A stretch of DNA of 64,000 nt from Deltaproteobacteria bacterium TL4 (GTDB lineage: Bacteria > SAR324 > NAC60-12): the NCBI GenBank assembly GCA_051382335.1, contig JBBCAX010000150.1, forward strand, positions 1 through 64,000, given 5' to 3'. Below, piece after piece: positions 1-9,328 of the stretch. The first letter of the stretch is position 1; each line of letters opens with the position of its first letter. The position numbers and the translations under genes are program-made. Under the pieces are notes generated by a model, which did not search any database, was not told where the DNA came from, and was given only the letters and a program-made list of their open reading frames with translations.

Positions 1-122
1 TCTCTCTTGAAGGTGATTCGTTACTTTGACTTCTGAAATTGATACGGAACTGAAGGCTTCCAGAACTCAGCGTTTTTTACAAGATTTTTCACCTTAAATA
101 CTGGTCTAAAATATGGGGTCCA

Positions 123-407
123 TTATACTTTTCCGTTGGTAGTTTCTGGAAAGAAATCAAGGAGATTTCGTCCTATAAGATTTTCACCTAAAACCTCAAT
201 TGCTTTCTTATTCGCTTTTTGGATAATCAACTCAGATGTTGCCGTACAGTAGAGAACTGGCGCTTCATCAAAAAGATCATGCCAATTTCGATGCTTCGGT
301 ATCTGTAATGGTTTTATATGAACATTATGGACATCCTCCGCAAAGAATTGATGGTGCAATCCTCTCAATTCAATTAATACATCTCTGGTGATTTTTTCAT
401 AAAGCAT
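123..407 (-). CDS. small protein ending in the N-terminal half of a PAS-like domain; possibly truncated or a pseudogene
   Basis: LFDEAPV...IIQKANKKAIEVLGENLIGRNLLDFFP resembles the start of a PAS fold; the ORF stops mid-domain. Confidence 0.4.
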   Translation of the reverse strand: MLYEKITRDVLIELRGLHHQFFAEDVHNVHIKPLQIPKHRNWHDLFDEAPVLYCTATSELIIQKANKKAIEVLGENLIGRNLLDFFPETTNGKV

Positions 408-693
408 TATATTTTCTCTTATTGGGTTTTATGATTGGGGACAAACCTTTTGTCATAAAGAATCTTATGACCCAATCGCTACCAATTTTTTAGCGATGTG
501 ACTATTATTGCATTTTCATCATCACTATATAATTAGTAATTTTTCAAGAGATACGGCACACTCCATGAATGGTAACATAAATTATATTTAAATTTGTAAT
601 TTCAGTTGATTAGTATTTTGATTTTTCCACGGAAGGTTACATTTATCTTGAAATAAGGGCAACCTTGTACCTTTATAAAGGAAAGGAAGGAGC

Positions 694-1059
694 ATGGCTC
701 AAATTTTATTAGTTGATGACTCTGAAGCAGTGTTGAATGAAGTTGGGAATTTTATGAGAAGTAGTGGCTTTACAGTGGTTACGGCATCAGATGGTGCCGA
801 AGGGTTGCAAAAAATGAAAGCAGATCCAAAAATAAAATTGGTGATTACGGATATCAACATGCCGAATATGGACGGATTGACAATGTCTGAAAAAATCAGA
901 AGTGATTTAGGCAACACGAATGTCAATATTCTGGTCCTGACCACTGAAAGTAATCCTGCGATGAAGGAACGTGGAAAAAATGCTGGAGTCAAAGGATGGA
1001 TTGTTAAGCCCTTTAACGGGGCACGTGCTTTAGGGGCAATTCAAAAGCTGGCGCAATAA
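694..1059 (+). CDS. single-domain CheY-like response regulator
   Basis: ILLVDDS, ITDINMPNMDG, VLTTE and GWIVKPF receiver motifs; RBS AGGAG upstream. Confidence 0.92.
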   Translation: MAQILLVDDSEAVLNEVGNFMRSSGFTVVTASDGAEGLQKMKADPKIKLVITDINMPNMDGLTMSEKIRSDLGNTNVNILVLTTESNPAMKERGKNAGVKGWIVKPFNGARALGAIQKLAQ

Positions 1060-1101
1060 TAGTCAACAGCCCCTAACGCCTCAATCCATACTTTGCGTTT
1101 T

Positions 1102-2913
1102 TCAAGTACGATGGTATCGGATTCTCTCTTGAGCGGAGAGATATTTTTTGCGAATTCGAATACTTTTAGGTGTGACTTCAACTAGTTCATCTTCCTTGAT
1201 ATATTCAATAGCTCGCTCTAAACTCATGGGAAGAATGGGTGTCAAAGTGACAGCGTCATCTTTCCCGGAGGCTCGCATATTGGTTAGCTTTTTGCCCTTA
1301 CAAGGGTTAACAGCTAAGTCACTGCTGCGATTATTTTCACCAATAACCATGCCTTCATAAACATCGATACCGGCTGTAATGAACAGACTCCCTCTAGGTT
1401 CTAAATTAAACAAGGCGTAGGCTACTGACTTTCCTGACCGGTCCGCAATAATGGATCCAGAAAGGCGGGACGGGAAATCCCCCCGATAGGGTTCATACCC
1501 CAAAAAAATGGAATTCATGATGCCGGTTCCCCGAGTGTCCGTTAAAAATTCGTTCCTGTAGCCAATCAATCCTCGAGAGGGAATATTGAACCGTGCTTGA
1601 ATACGTCCTGAACCGTGGTTAGTGAGATTAACCAGTTGAGCTTTACGGATGGAAAGTTTTTCAGTGACCACCCCAAAAAAACTGTCTGCGCAATCAACAT
1701 AAACGTCTTCAATAGGTTCTAAAGTTTGTCCATTTACTTTTTTGTTAATAACCTCAGGTCGACCAGCGGTCAGTTCAAAGCCTTCTCTTCTCATTTGCTC
1801 AATCAAAATTGCCAATTGCAATTCACCTCGACCCTTCACTAAAAAGGTTTCAGCGTCGTCGGTATCTTCAAATCCCAGCGACACATTATTCAGGGTTTCC
1901 TTAATCAAGCGATTTCTGATTTTATTAGCTTGAACGATCGTCCCTTCTTTTCCTGAAAGGGGTGAGGTATTGATAGAAAAACGCATAAAAACGGTCGGTT
2001 CATCAACCATGATTCGTGGCAAGGCTTTGGGCGCCTCTCGAGTACAAATAGTATCCCCAATATGCACATTTTCTATCCCGGACAAAACCAAAATATCCCC
2101 AGGTTCAACATCATCGACTTCAACCATTGCAATCCCATCATAGACTTGCAGTCTTGTCATTTTGAGAGGTTGAGATTCGTTAGTTTTTCCTAAACAAACC
2201 AAGGCCACATTTTTAGTAACCTTATTTGTCACACGGCCAATGGCTAACCGCCCTAAATAATCGGAATAGGAAAGATCCGCAACCAGCATCTGAAAGGGTT
2301 CATCTATAGAATGTCGAGGTCCGGGAATGACCTTGATAATGGTTTCTAACAAGGGAGTGAGTGAAGTGGACTCTTCCTCAATTTTATGTTTTGCTATCCC
2401 CTCACGCCCTATAGCGTAAAGTACAGGAAATTCAATTTGCTCATCGGTTGCGTTCAAGTCAATAAAAAGGCTATAGACTTCGTCAACGACTTCTTGAGGA
2501 CGTGCGTCATGCCTGTCAATTTTATTAATCACGACAACAATCGTTAATTTTTTTTCTAAGGCCTTTTTTAGGACAAACCGGGTTTGAGGCAGAGGGCCTT
2601 CGGATGCGTCAACCAGGAGAACCGCACCATCAACCATCATTAGTGCACGTTCGACTTCACCTCCAAAATCGGCGTGTCCAGGGGTATCCAGGATATTGAT
2701 TTTTGTACCTCTCCACGTAATCGAACAATTTTTTGCAGCAATGGTAATGCCTCTTTCTTTTTCAATATCCATGCGGTCCAACACCCGCTCTTTAATTTCC
2801 TGATTATTGCGGAACACACCGCTTTGTTTAAACATTTGATCCACTAAAGTTGTCTTGCCATGATCTACATGCGCAATAATTGCGATATTGCGGATTTTTT
2901 CGTTATGTGACAC
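1102..2913 (-). CDS. typA: translational GTPase TypA/BipA
   Basis: IRNIAIIAHVDHGKTTLVD, DTPGHADFGGEVER, NKID, GRGELQL and KKLTNMRASG. Confidence 0.97.
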   Translation of the reverse strand: MSHNEKIRNIAIIAHVDHGKTTLVDQMFKQSGVFRNNQEIKERVLDRMDIEKERGITIAAKNCSITWRGTKINILDTPGHADFGGEVERALMMVDGAVLLVDASEGPLPQTRFVLKKALEKKLTIVVVINKIDRHDARPQEVVDEVYSLFIDLNATDEQIEFPVLYAIGREGIAKHKIEEESTSLTPLLETIIKVIPGPRHSIDEPFQMLVADLSYSDYLGRLAIGRVTNKVTKNVALVCLGKTNESQPLKMTRLQVYDGIAMVEVDDVEPGDILVLSGIENVHIGDTICTREAPKALPRIMVDEPTVFMRFSINTSPLSGKEGTIVQANKIRNRLIKETLNNVSLGFEDTDDAETFLVKGRGELQLAILIEQMRREGFELTAGRPEVINKKVNGQTLEPIEDVYVDCADSFFGVVTEKLSIRKAQLVNLTNHGSGRIQARFNIPSRGLIGYRNEFLTDTRGTGIMNSIFLGYEPYRGDFPSRLSGSIIADRSGKSVAYALFNLEPRGSLFITAGIDVYEGMVIGENNRSSDLAVNPCKGKKLTNMRASGKDDAVTLTPILPMSLERAIEYIKEDELVEVTPKSIRIRKKYLSAQERIRYHRT

Positions 2914-3058
2914 AGTTATTCCATTCGTTTTTAAAATTTTATTGACTCTGTACGGTTGACTATTTAAATTTTTCCCCGTTCAAAATACAAACATGTGCTG
3001 AGGACTGAGTGAGTCAACAGCATTCTTCAAAAAATGCTCCTTTTAAAAAGAAAACTCG

Positions 3059-4564
3059 ATGAAGTCTTTCTATGATCATGTCTTCGTTTATTGCTGCTTC
3101 CTCCTGTTCAATTCTTCTCTGAGTTACGCCTACAGTAATGCCCATTTAAGCAAATTAACGCAAACTAAAAGCTGTGTAAAATGCGATCTTTCGGGTGTGA
3201 TCTTGGATGGAGAAAATATTGAAGGTGCGTATTTATCAAAAGTAAACTTAATAAACGCAAATCTCAACAATGTCAATCTTTCGCGAGGTTATCTAGCCAA
3301 AGCCCAACTTCAGGGAGCCTCACTAAAAAAGGCGTCATTACCAAACGCTTATCTTTCAGGTGCCAATATTGAGGGTACAGACTTCACAAAGGCAAATCTC
3401 CTCAAAGTAATGTTGATTGGAGTTAAAGGCTCCAAGGCAAATTTTACCTCTGCGAACTTGAGAGGTGCCAGATTTGGAAACTCCGATTTACAAGGCGCTA
3501 ATTTTTCTAACGCGGATCTGTCCTTGGCAAGCTTCATCAACTCAAATCTCAAGGGAGCCAATCTTTCCGGAGCAATCCTCACAGGAGCAAAACTGGAAGG
3601 CGCCATTTTAAGCGGGGTTGACCTTTCCAATGGAGACTTGAGAGGCGTGGATTTAAGCAAAACCAATTTGAATAACGTTCAGATGGCGGGTGTGAATTTA
3701 TCCCAGTCTGTGTTCAAAAAAGTAAGCTTGCAAAACGCACAATTTGCCAATGCGAATCTTTCTGGCAGTAACTTTTATGACGCGGATCTTTCAAACGCAA
3801 GTTTAGTCGGAGCCAACCTGAACCAGGCGATTTTTTTTAAAGCGCGTTTAGTTGGGGCAAACCTGTCTGGTGCGCAGATGGAACAATCGGACCTAAGAAA
3901 AACCGATTTAAGCAGAGCAAATTTGAAGGGCGCCAATCTAAAAGGAAGCCAGTTGGCTTCAGCCAATTTGAAACAGGCCAATCTGTCAGGAACCGTGCTT
4001 CAACAGGCACAACTTCAAAATATTTCTTTTGAACACGTTAATTTGGTAAAAGCAGACTTATCGGAGACACATTTATCCCAAACAGATTTTTCAAATCAAA
4101 ATCTCGTTGGCGTTATTTTTGATCATGCTAACTTAAAACGCGCCAATTTGTCTCACACGACGCTTGTGGGAGCGTCTTTTGTCGGTACCATTCTGGTAGA
4201 GGCGGACCTCAGTTTTTCAATCATCATCGGTGTGGATTTTTCACAGACACTCTTACATAACACTAATTTTACTAACGCGGATCTATCCCAAAGCAATTTC
4301 GCTCAAAATGACTTACAGCATATCAATTTTTCTGGGGCAACATTGATTGGAGCCTCCTTCATGCAAACCAAATTTTCACAAGTCTCCTTCAAAAAGACGA
4401 ACCTCCTTCAAGCCAATTTTTCCGAGGCAGACCTCTCGGATTGCGACCTTACCGGAGCTTACCTTTTTTATGTCAACTGGAATAAAACAAACTTGACCGG
4501 GGCTATTTGGAGCAATGGACAAAAATGCCAGAAGGACTCCCTAGGAAAATGTCTCTTGTTTTAG
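3059..4564 (+). CDS. exported pentapeptide-repeat protein
   Basis: signal-peptide-like N-terminus, CxxC cap, ~440 aa of A(N/D)(L/F)xx repeats, C-terminal WxNGxxC..C cap. Confidence 0.93.
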   Translation: MKSFYDHVFVYCCFLLFNSSLSYAYSNAHLSKLTQTKSCVKCDLSGVILDGENIEGAYLSKVNLINANLNNVNLSRGYLAKAQLQGASLKKASLPNAYLSGANIEGTDFTKANLLKVMLIGVKGSKANFTSANLRGARFGNSDLQGANFSNADLSLASFINSNLKGANLSGAILTGAKLEGAILSGVDLSNGDLRGVDLSKTNLNNVQMAGVNLSQSVFKKVSLQNAQFANANLSGSNFYDADLSNASLVGANLNQAIFFKARLVGANLSGAQMEQSDLRKTDLSRANLKGANLKGSQLASANLKQANLSGTVLQQAQLQNISFEHVNLVKADLSETHLSQTDFSNQNLVGVIFDHANLKRANLSHTTLVGASFVGTILVEADLSFSIIIGVDFSQTLLHNTNFTNADLSQSNFAQNDLQHINFSGATLIGASFMQTKFSQVSFKKTNLLQANFSEADLSDCDLTGAYLFYVNWNKTNLTGAIWSNGQKCQKDSLGKCLLF

Positions 4565-4602
4565 TCCCTAGGAGGTTGTCCGAGAATAGAAGTTGAGCCT
4601 AA

Positions 4603-4691
4603 GTAGGGCACCGCTTTAGCGAAGCGAGCGCACCCAAAATAAGGGAACCACAAGCTTTTTGGTACGCTCGCTTCGCTAAAGCATACCCTAC
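4603..4691. repeat. GTAG-type REP doublet (inverted pair) between convergent genes
   Basis: GTAGGGcaccGCTTTAGCGAAGCGAGCGcacc (4603-4634) is inverted at 4661-4691; 18-bp perfect core. Confidence 0.75.
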
Positions 4692-4707
4692 ATCACATTC
4701 TCGCCAC

Positions 4708-5790
4708 CTAGGCGCGGATGTGTTCAGTGATGAATTTCGATATGATGTTTGAGGCATCGTCCACTATAGGAATAACACGGGAGTAGTCCATATTCAATGG
4801 ACCAAGTACCCCGATATCCCCCAATCGTCTTCCTTCATTAGTATAACTCGCTACGATCATTGAACTTTCACTAAATTCAGCAGAAAGATTCTCCGAACCA
4901 ATCAGTACCTGAACTTTCTGTGATGAAGGCAGTTGTGTTAAAATTTTACTGATCTTTAATTTATGTCCTTCGATCTTAATGGGGGTCAACACAGGAGTTG
5001 TCTCATCATCAAACTCTGCCAGCGTATGAAAGGTATCGGAAACATACATTTCAGAAAAAGATAATGCGATGTCAAAAGCTTTTCTCGAAATACGAACAAT
5101 CTGAGCAAAATCAGACTGAAACCGATCCTGAACGGTTACTAACTGTTCCACAATTTTTTGCTGTACGTCCCTTATCCGTTGTCCAATAAAAATTGTATTG
5201 ATGTAATTGGATAATGTGACAAGGAGACCTTGCGAAAGACTTTCGGTCATTGGAATTACTTTTTTGTGAACAATACCTAACTTATCAACGATGACAGCTA
5301 AGATTCGCTTTGTGCCTAATAATATAAACTCAACATGCCTGAAGATACTCTCTCCAATATTGGGGGTGGTTACAAAAGCAAAATAACCGGATTGCCGGGA
5401 AAGGAGAATGGATAAGTCCTGCAACGTATCTTCTATTTCTAACAGGGGTTGCATTAACTCATTTATCTGATCATGGAATGTTCTGGGTGGGGCTTGTACG
5501 AGTCCGCCCAGCGAATCCACATACCAACGGTAAGCCTTGCAAGTGGGGATTCTTCCGCCTGAAGTGTGAAGCTGGATCAAATAGCCGATTTCTGATAAAT
5601 CCGTCATGGTATTACGAATAGTCGCAGGAGACAACTCAACGTTCAACAATTTCGATAACGTTCTTGATCCTATAGGTTCCTGACGTTGAATGTAGCAGTC
5701 TATGACCCCATTTAATACCATCTGCATCCGCTCACTGATGGAGATGTCTTTTTGATTCTTGTCCTGTTTTGTTGACATAAACCACCCCAT
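4708..5790 (-). CDS. hrcA: heat-inducible transcription repressor HrcA (start may be 5778)
   Basis: EPIGSRTL, LSPATIRNTMTDL, HTSGGRIPT and IGVLGPLNMDYSRVIP. Confidence 0.95.
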   Translation of the reverse strand: MGWFMSTKQDKNQKDISISERMQMVLNGVIDCYIQRQEPIGSRTLSKLLNVELSPATIRNTMTDLSEIGYLIQLHTSGGRIPTCKAYRWYVDSLGGLVQAPPRTFHDQINELMQPLLEIEDTLQDLSILLSRQSGYFAFVTTPNIGESIFRHVEFILLGTKRILAVIVDKLGIVHKKVIPMTESLSQGLLVTLSNYINTIFIGQRIRDVQQKIVEQLVTVQDRFQSDFAQIVRISRKAFDIALSFSEMYVSDTFHTLAEFDDETTPVLTPIKIEGHKLKISKILTQLPSSQKVQVLIGSENLSAEFSESSMIVASYTNEGRRLGDIGVLGPLNMDYSRVIPIVDDASNIISKFITEHIRA

Positions 5791-5828
5791 AACTTGAAGA
5801 TTGTATGTGGAGAGGCTTTTGAAGCGTA

Positions 5829-6014
5829 TTAATTGCCATAATTCAGATCATCAAAGGTTTCATAAGGTCCCCAGTTTACTCCACCGATCATTGTTCGATT
5901 AATCACCTTTTCCGGGGGTAATACTCGAACCTTCTTCTCTTTTGACAAAAAAAGTTGAATCGCTTTTTCAATCTCTTCTCTGGTTATTTTGGAAGGATTC
6001 GCTACTTTTTCCAT
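5829..6014 (-). CDS. small protein resembling the SutA RNA-polymerase-binding domain
   Basis: RBS GAGAGG before ATG at 6014; REEIEKAIQLFLSKEKKVRVLP resembles the SutA core RxxLxxAxxxFLxxGGKV. Confidence 0.6.
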   Translation of the reverse strand: MEKVANPSKITREEIEKAIQLFLSKEKKVRVLPPEKVINRTMIGGVNWGPYETFDDLNYGN

Positions 6015-6101
6015 AGTGACCTCTCTGTGTCTGTTTATCATGCATTCATCGTTAGTCAAATAGCTTTTCGCTAAATTAGTTTTTGACCTTGTCGGTGTAT
6101 G

Positions 6102-6128
6102 TTAGCACTCAAGCTTTAACATTGCTAA
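6102..6128. promoter_or_regulatory. CIRCE operator (HrcA binding site)
   Basis: TTAGCACTC-N9-CATTGCTAA versus consensus TTAGCACTC-N9-GAGTGCTAA; lies upstream of the hrcA operon. Confidence 0.88.
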
Positions 6129-6132
6129 CATG

Positions 6133-6161
6133 ACTATAACTTAACTTCCAAGGGATGTCAA
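6133..6161 (-). promoter_or_regulatory. sigma70 promoter of the small ORF-hrcA operon
   Basis: minus strand TTGACA-N17-TATAGT immediately 5' of CIRCE. Confidence 0.8.
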
Positions 6162-6202
6162 CTATTTGCATAGAAGCGGATCCCAGAGTAGTACGTGAAT
6201 CT

Positions 6203-6311
6203 GTAGGCAGGGGCAACGAGCGAATCCGCCAACACGAAGGATTGGGGATGAAAATGAGGCGTTCTGCGTTGACATCAGTGGGTTATGACGTTGTTTCGTC
6301 TAACCCACCCC
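6203..6311. repeat. degenerate REP-like palindromic elements
   Basis: GTAGG...CGAGCGAATCCGCC at 6203-6230; hairpin GTGGGTTAtGACG-loop-CGTCTAACCCAC at 6278-6308. Confidence 0.4.
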
Positions 6312-6362
6312 TTCTAACTTTTATTTTTTCACCGCGTCTACAAAGACCAACTCTCGGTTGTC

Positions 6363-7469
6363 TTAGTTTCGGCCAAAGGGACCAGGACAACCTCTCTCTA
6401 TATTTTCTTGACATCCTTCTGATAATTCAGCTTTATGTTCAAGAAGACAATTTTGGACAGCACTATGATCTCCACGTGCGGAAGCACAGAATTTGGTTAC
6501 ATCCTCTTTACAGAAACGTCCTTGATGATGCGCTCCGCCAAAAAAACCCATCGCGCCTCTTTTCCCCTGACCCGCATGAAAAAGGTGATTTCCTTTTCGC
6601 GTCATGTGGTTTTCAATCATATCCGCTAACTCGGATCGTTGCTCCGCAGTCAGGATCTGATGTACTTTTTCTAATTCTTCAATTAAGGTTGGAGCGTGAA
6701 CTTCATGCTTGCTTGCAATTTGATTGATGGTTGCGGTCAAGGCGTCCTGATCCATTTTATCGTTGGAAAGCTGTTGAGCCAGTGCCGTTTTAAAAGCCTG
6801 TCGGTCGTCTCTCATTTCTGCATGTATGGGTTTAATGACCTCAAGAGAGCTTTGAAGCTGCGATTTTTGCTCATCACTCAGATTTAACTTAAAGGATAAC
6901 ATACTCAACATATGTTCAACATGCTGTTCGGGTTGAAGGTTTCCTGGAGTATGATTTTTGATTTTTTCTACTAAGATCGTTTTTTGTTCCGGGGTTAAGG
7001 TTGGGTGAAATTTAACAACTTCAGCAATAAATAAGGACGCCATGGTTTTTCGGTTTTCAACCATTTGATTCAAAGCCGTTTGGACCTGGGCTTTATCAAG
7101 TGTGTCACTGCGTAATTGATTGATTAATACCTTAAGCTTCGTTTGATCCTGGTGTGATTTTTTCCATTCTTCGACAAGAACTATTTTGGATTGCTGTAAT
7201 TGTTTTTTTTGCGCTTCAGTTAGCTTAAGCCCTTCAACGGAGACAGGAACCCCCATTTCTTCTTCCAGAACACGGGCATTTGAGGCTTCGTCAGTTGCCA
7301 ATGCGTCATTTCCACGACTTTGATCGGAAGGACTGCAACCAATCAGCAACGTAAACCCGAATAGCGCCAATAATAAAAATATTTTGTTGATCAAAAAACG
7401 TCTCTTCCCTGGATATGTGAAACCCGATTGTGAGTGATTGATTTGAGTTGAATGTCTTTGCGTTCTCAT
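6363..7469 (-). CDS. Spy/CpxP-family lipoprotein with tandem LTxxQ domains and a C-terminal cysteine-rich repeat
   Basis: lipobox LLIGC; LTEAQ, LTPEQ, LSDEQ and LTAEQ motifs; CKEDVTKFC...CLLEHKAELSEGCQ tail; GGAG RBS before ATG 7469. Confidence 0.8.
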   Translation of the reverse strand: MRTQRHSTQINHSQSGFTYPGKRRFLINKIFLLLALFGFTLLIGCSPSDQSRGNDALATDEASNARVLEEEMGVPVSVEGLKLTEAQKKQLQQSKIVLVEEWKKSHQDQTKLKVLINQLRSDTLDKAQVQTALNQMVENRKTMASLFIAEVVKFHPTLTPEQKTILVEKIKNHTPGNLQPEQHVEHMLSMLSFKLNLSDEQKSQLQSSLEVIKPIHAEMRDDRQAFKTALAQQLSNDKMDQDALTATINQIASKHEVHAPTLIEELEKVHQILTAEQRSELADMIENHMTRKGNHLFHAGQGKRGAMGFFGGAHHQGRFCKEDVTKFCASARGDHSAVQNCLLEHKAELSEGCQENIERGCPGPFGRN

Positions 7470-7606
7470 GGCAAACTCCATAAAAATGTGATAAGTTGCG
7501 CTTTCGTATCATTCCCACTCTTCGCTTGGAAACGATTCATAAAAGCTTGATTTATGCCTTGTTAAGCATAGCTAATTATTGATGAGCTCAGTTTATCAAA
7601 AGAATG

Positions 7607-7628
7607 TGAAGAAAATATGAAGAAAATA
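7607..7628. promoter_or_regulatory. 11-bp tandem direct repeat, candidate OmpR/BaeR-family regulator site
   Basis: TGAAGAAAATA twice, in the divergent spy-like/baeS-like intergenic region. Confidence 0.5.
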
Positions 7629-7638
7629 GGGTTAGATT

Positions 7639-9072
7639 ATGAAGATACGATTTCCCAGCTTGAAATTTAATCGAACGTACGGATTACAGACAAAACTTTT
7701 CTGTGTTTTTCTGCTGAACGCCATTGTTATTGTTTCACTAATGGCCGTCATCATCCGTGTGAATGTGGCTAAAAATTTCGAATACTACTTGCACCGTGTT
7801 GAATCCCAAATTTATGATGCTATTGTGGAAGAATTACAGGAGTATTACGCCCAGAACCAAAGTTGGGAGCCCCTTCGAAATCAACCCTGGATTTTTAATA
7901 GTTTGGTAAGACGCAGAATCGCGGAAACGATTATGGGAACAACGATGGGACCCGAACATAATCCGCACCGCCCATGGCGTTTGGGAAGAAGAGTGGCTCT
8001 GCTTGATGAAAATAAAGAACTTATTTTTGGGGACAACTTAATGGCTGGGAACAGTTCCCTACGTGAAATTGAAGTCCAAAACAAAGTGGTAGGTTGGGTG
8101 AAAATTGTCAGTCCTCATGCGATGGTCAATCCTTTGGATCTCTGGTTCTTACGAAGGCAGCACACTGCGGTTCAGTGGATCGGTGCGGCTATTTTAAGTG
8201 TTGCCGCTATTGTCTCACTCCTTCTCTCACGATATTTGCTTAGCTCGGTCAGGGCACTCACTGCGGGCACTCAAGCTTTAGCCAACCGGAAATTTCACAC
8301 GCGTATTCGTGTAGCGTCTTCCGACGAAATAGGGCAATTAGCACGAGATTTTAATAAGATGGCAGAAACCATGGAACATTATGAAAATCAAAGGCGGCAA
8401 TGGATTTCTGAAGTTTCACATGAATTGGGAACACCGCTTTCCATTCTTCGCGGAGAAATTGAAGCGATGCAGGATGGCGTCCGTGAAATGAATTTACAGC
8501 ATTTGGACTCGTTGCATAGTGAAGTGCTGCACATCAGCAAAATTGTTGATGATCTCAAATTCCTCTCTGCTGCAGAAGCCGGCGGACTGACTTATCAAAA
8601 AGATGAAATTCATCCTGTTCGTATTTTAAAGGAAACCTTGCAAACCTTTGAGTTCCGACTTCAGGAAAAAGCAATCCGAATCAAATTTCAAGCGGAGGAC
8701 TCCGGGAATGCTTTCATTGTTGGGGATCGAAATCGACTCAAACAAGTCTATAGTAACTTATTCGAAAATGTTCTCAAATACACACAACCTTCGGAGATAT
8801 TGGTTCTGAGTAGTCACCAGGAAGAAAAAACACTGCATATTGCCTTTGAAGATTCAGGACCAGGTGTGGAAGACAAGTACCTTCCCCACCTTTTTGACCG
8901 TTTCTATCGTGTTGAGCCGTCCAGGAACAGAGTGACTGGCGGGAGTGGGTTGGGTTTGTCCATCTGTAAAAATATCATCGAAGCTCATCAGGGAGAAATC
9001 TGCGCTAAAAAAGGAAGTCTGGGAGGTTTACGGATTGAAATCAAACTTCCAATCCCGCTTAAGCTCGTTTAA
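7639..9072 (+). CDS. HAMP sensor histidine kinase, BaeS-like
   Basis: 2 TM, HAMP (DEIGQLARDFNKMA), H-box VSHELGTPL, NLFENVLKY, EDSGPGV, FDRFYR and GSGLGL. Confidence 0.93.
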   Translation: MKIRFPSLKFNRTYGLQTKLFCVFLLNAIVIVSLMAVIIRVNVAKNFEYYLHRVESQIYDAIVEELQEYYAQNQSWEPLRNQPWIFNSLVRRRIAETIMGTTMGPEHNPHRPWRLGRRVALLDENKELIFGDNLMAGNSSLREIEVQNKVVGWVKIVSPHAMVNPLDLWFLRRQHTAVQWIGAAILSVAAIVSLLLSRYLLSSVRALTAGTQALANRKFHTRIRVASSDEIGQLARDFNKMAETMEHYENQRRQWISEVSHELGTPLSILRGEIEAMQDGVREMNLQHLDSLHSEVLHISKIVDDLKFLSAAEAGGLTYQKDEIHPVRILKETLQTFEFRLQEKAIRIKFQAEDSGNAFIVGDRNRLKQVYSNLFENVLKYTQPSEILVLSSHQEEKTLHIAFEDSGPGVEDKYLPHLFDRFYRVEPSRNRVTGGSGLGLSICKNIIEAHQGEICAKKGSLGGLRIEIKLPIPLKLV

Positions 9073-9093
9073 CTCAGGAAGGCTCAAAAGTAA

Positions 9094-9225
9094 GGTAGTG
9101 TCCCAGAAGGACTTCCCCTTTTGTGGAGAGGCACAAGGGCACCGATAGACACCAGAATTCACGGAAGGTTCGAAAGACCTACGGCTTTTCTAAAGATTGG
9201 GAGGTCCACAATGCGTGCTCTCATT
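9094..9225 (+). mobile_element. IS1-family transposase remnant with a putative terminal inverted repeat
   Basis: GGTAGTGTCCCAGAA end-like sequence, then FVERHKGTDRHQNSRKVRKTYGFSKDWEVHNA, resembling the C-terminal DDE part of IS1-family transposases. Confidence 0.6.
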
Positions 9226-9328
9226 CCATAGCTGTGAGCATGACGATTTTTACACCCTCCATAATCATGATGCCTGAATTAGATTCCCAGGCTCGTATTT
9301 TTTGCAGCAAGTCCGTAAATTCATCGGA
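9221..9328 (-). pseudogene. response-regulator receiver-domain fragment
   Basis: minus-strand translation SDEFTDLLQKIRAWESNSGIMIMEGVKIVMLTAME* matches the alpha3-beta4 segment of receivers; no start or N-half. Confidence 0.5.

Noticed and set aside
3200..4500. Repetitive DNA as CRISPR or a tandem array
   Set aside because: Explained by pentapeptide coding; no identical repeats with spacers
6155..6727. 190-aa plus-strand ORF
   Set aside because: Runs across a promoter, repeat relics and the antisense of the Spy-like gene; no recognisable protein features
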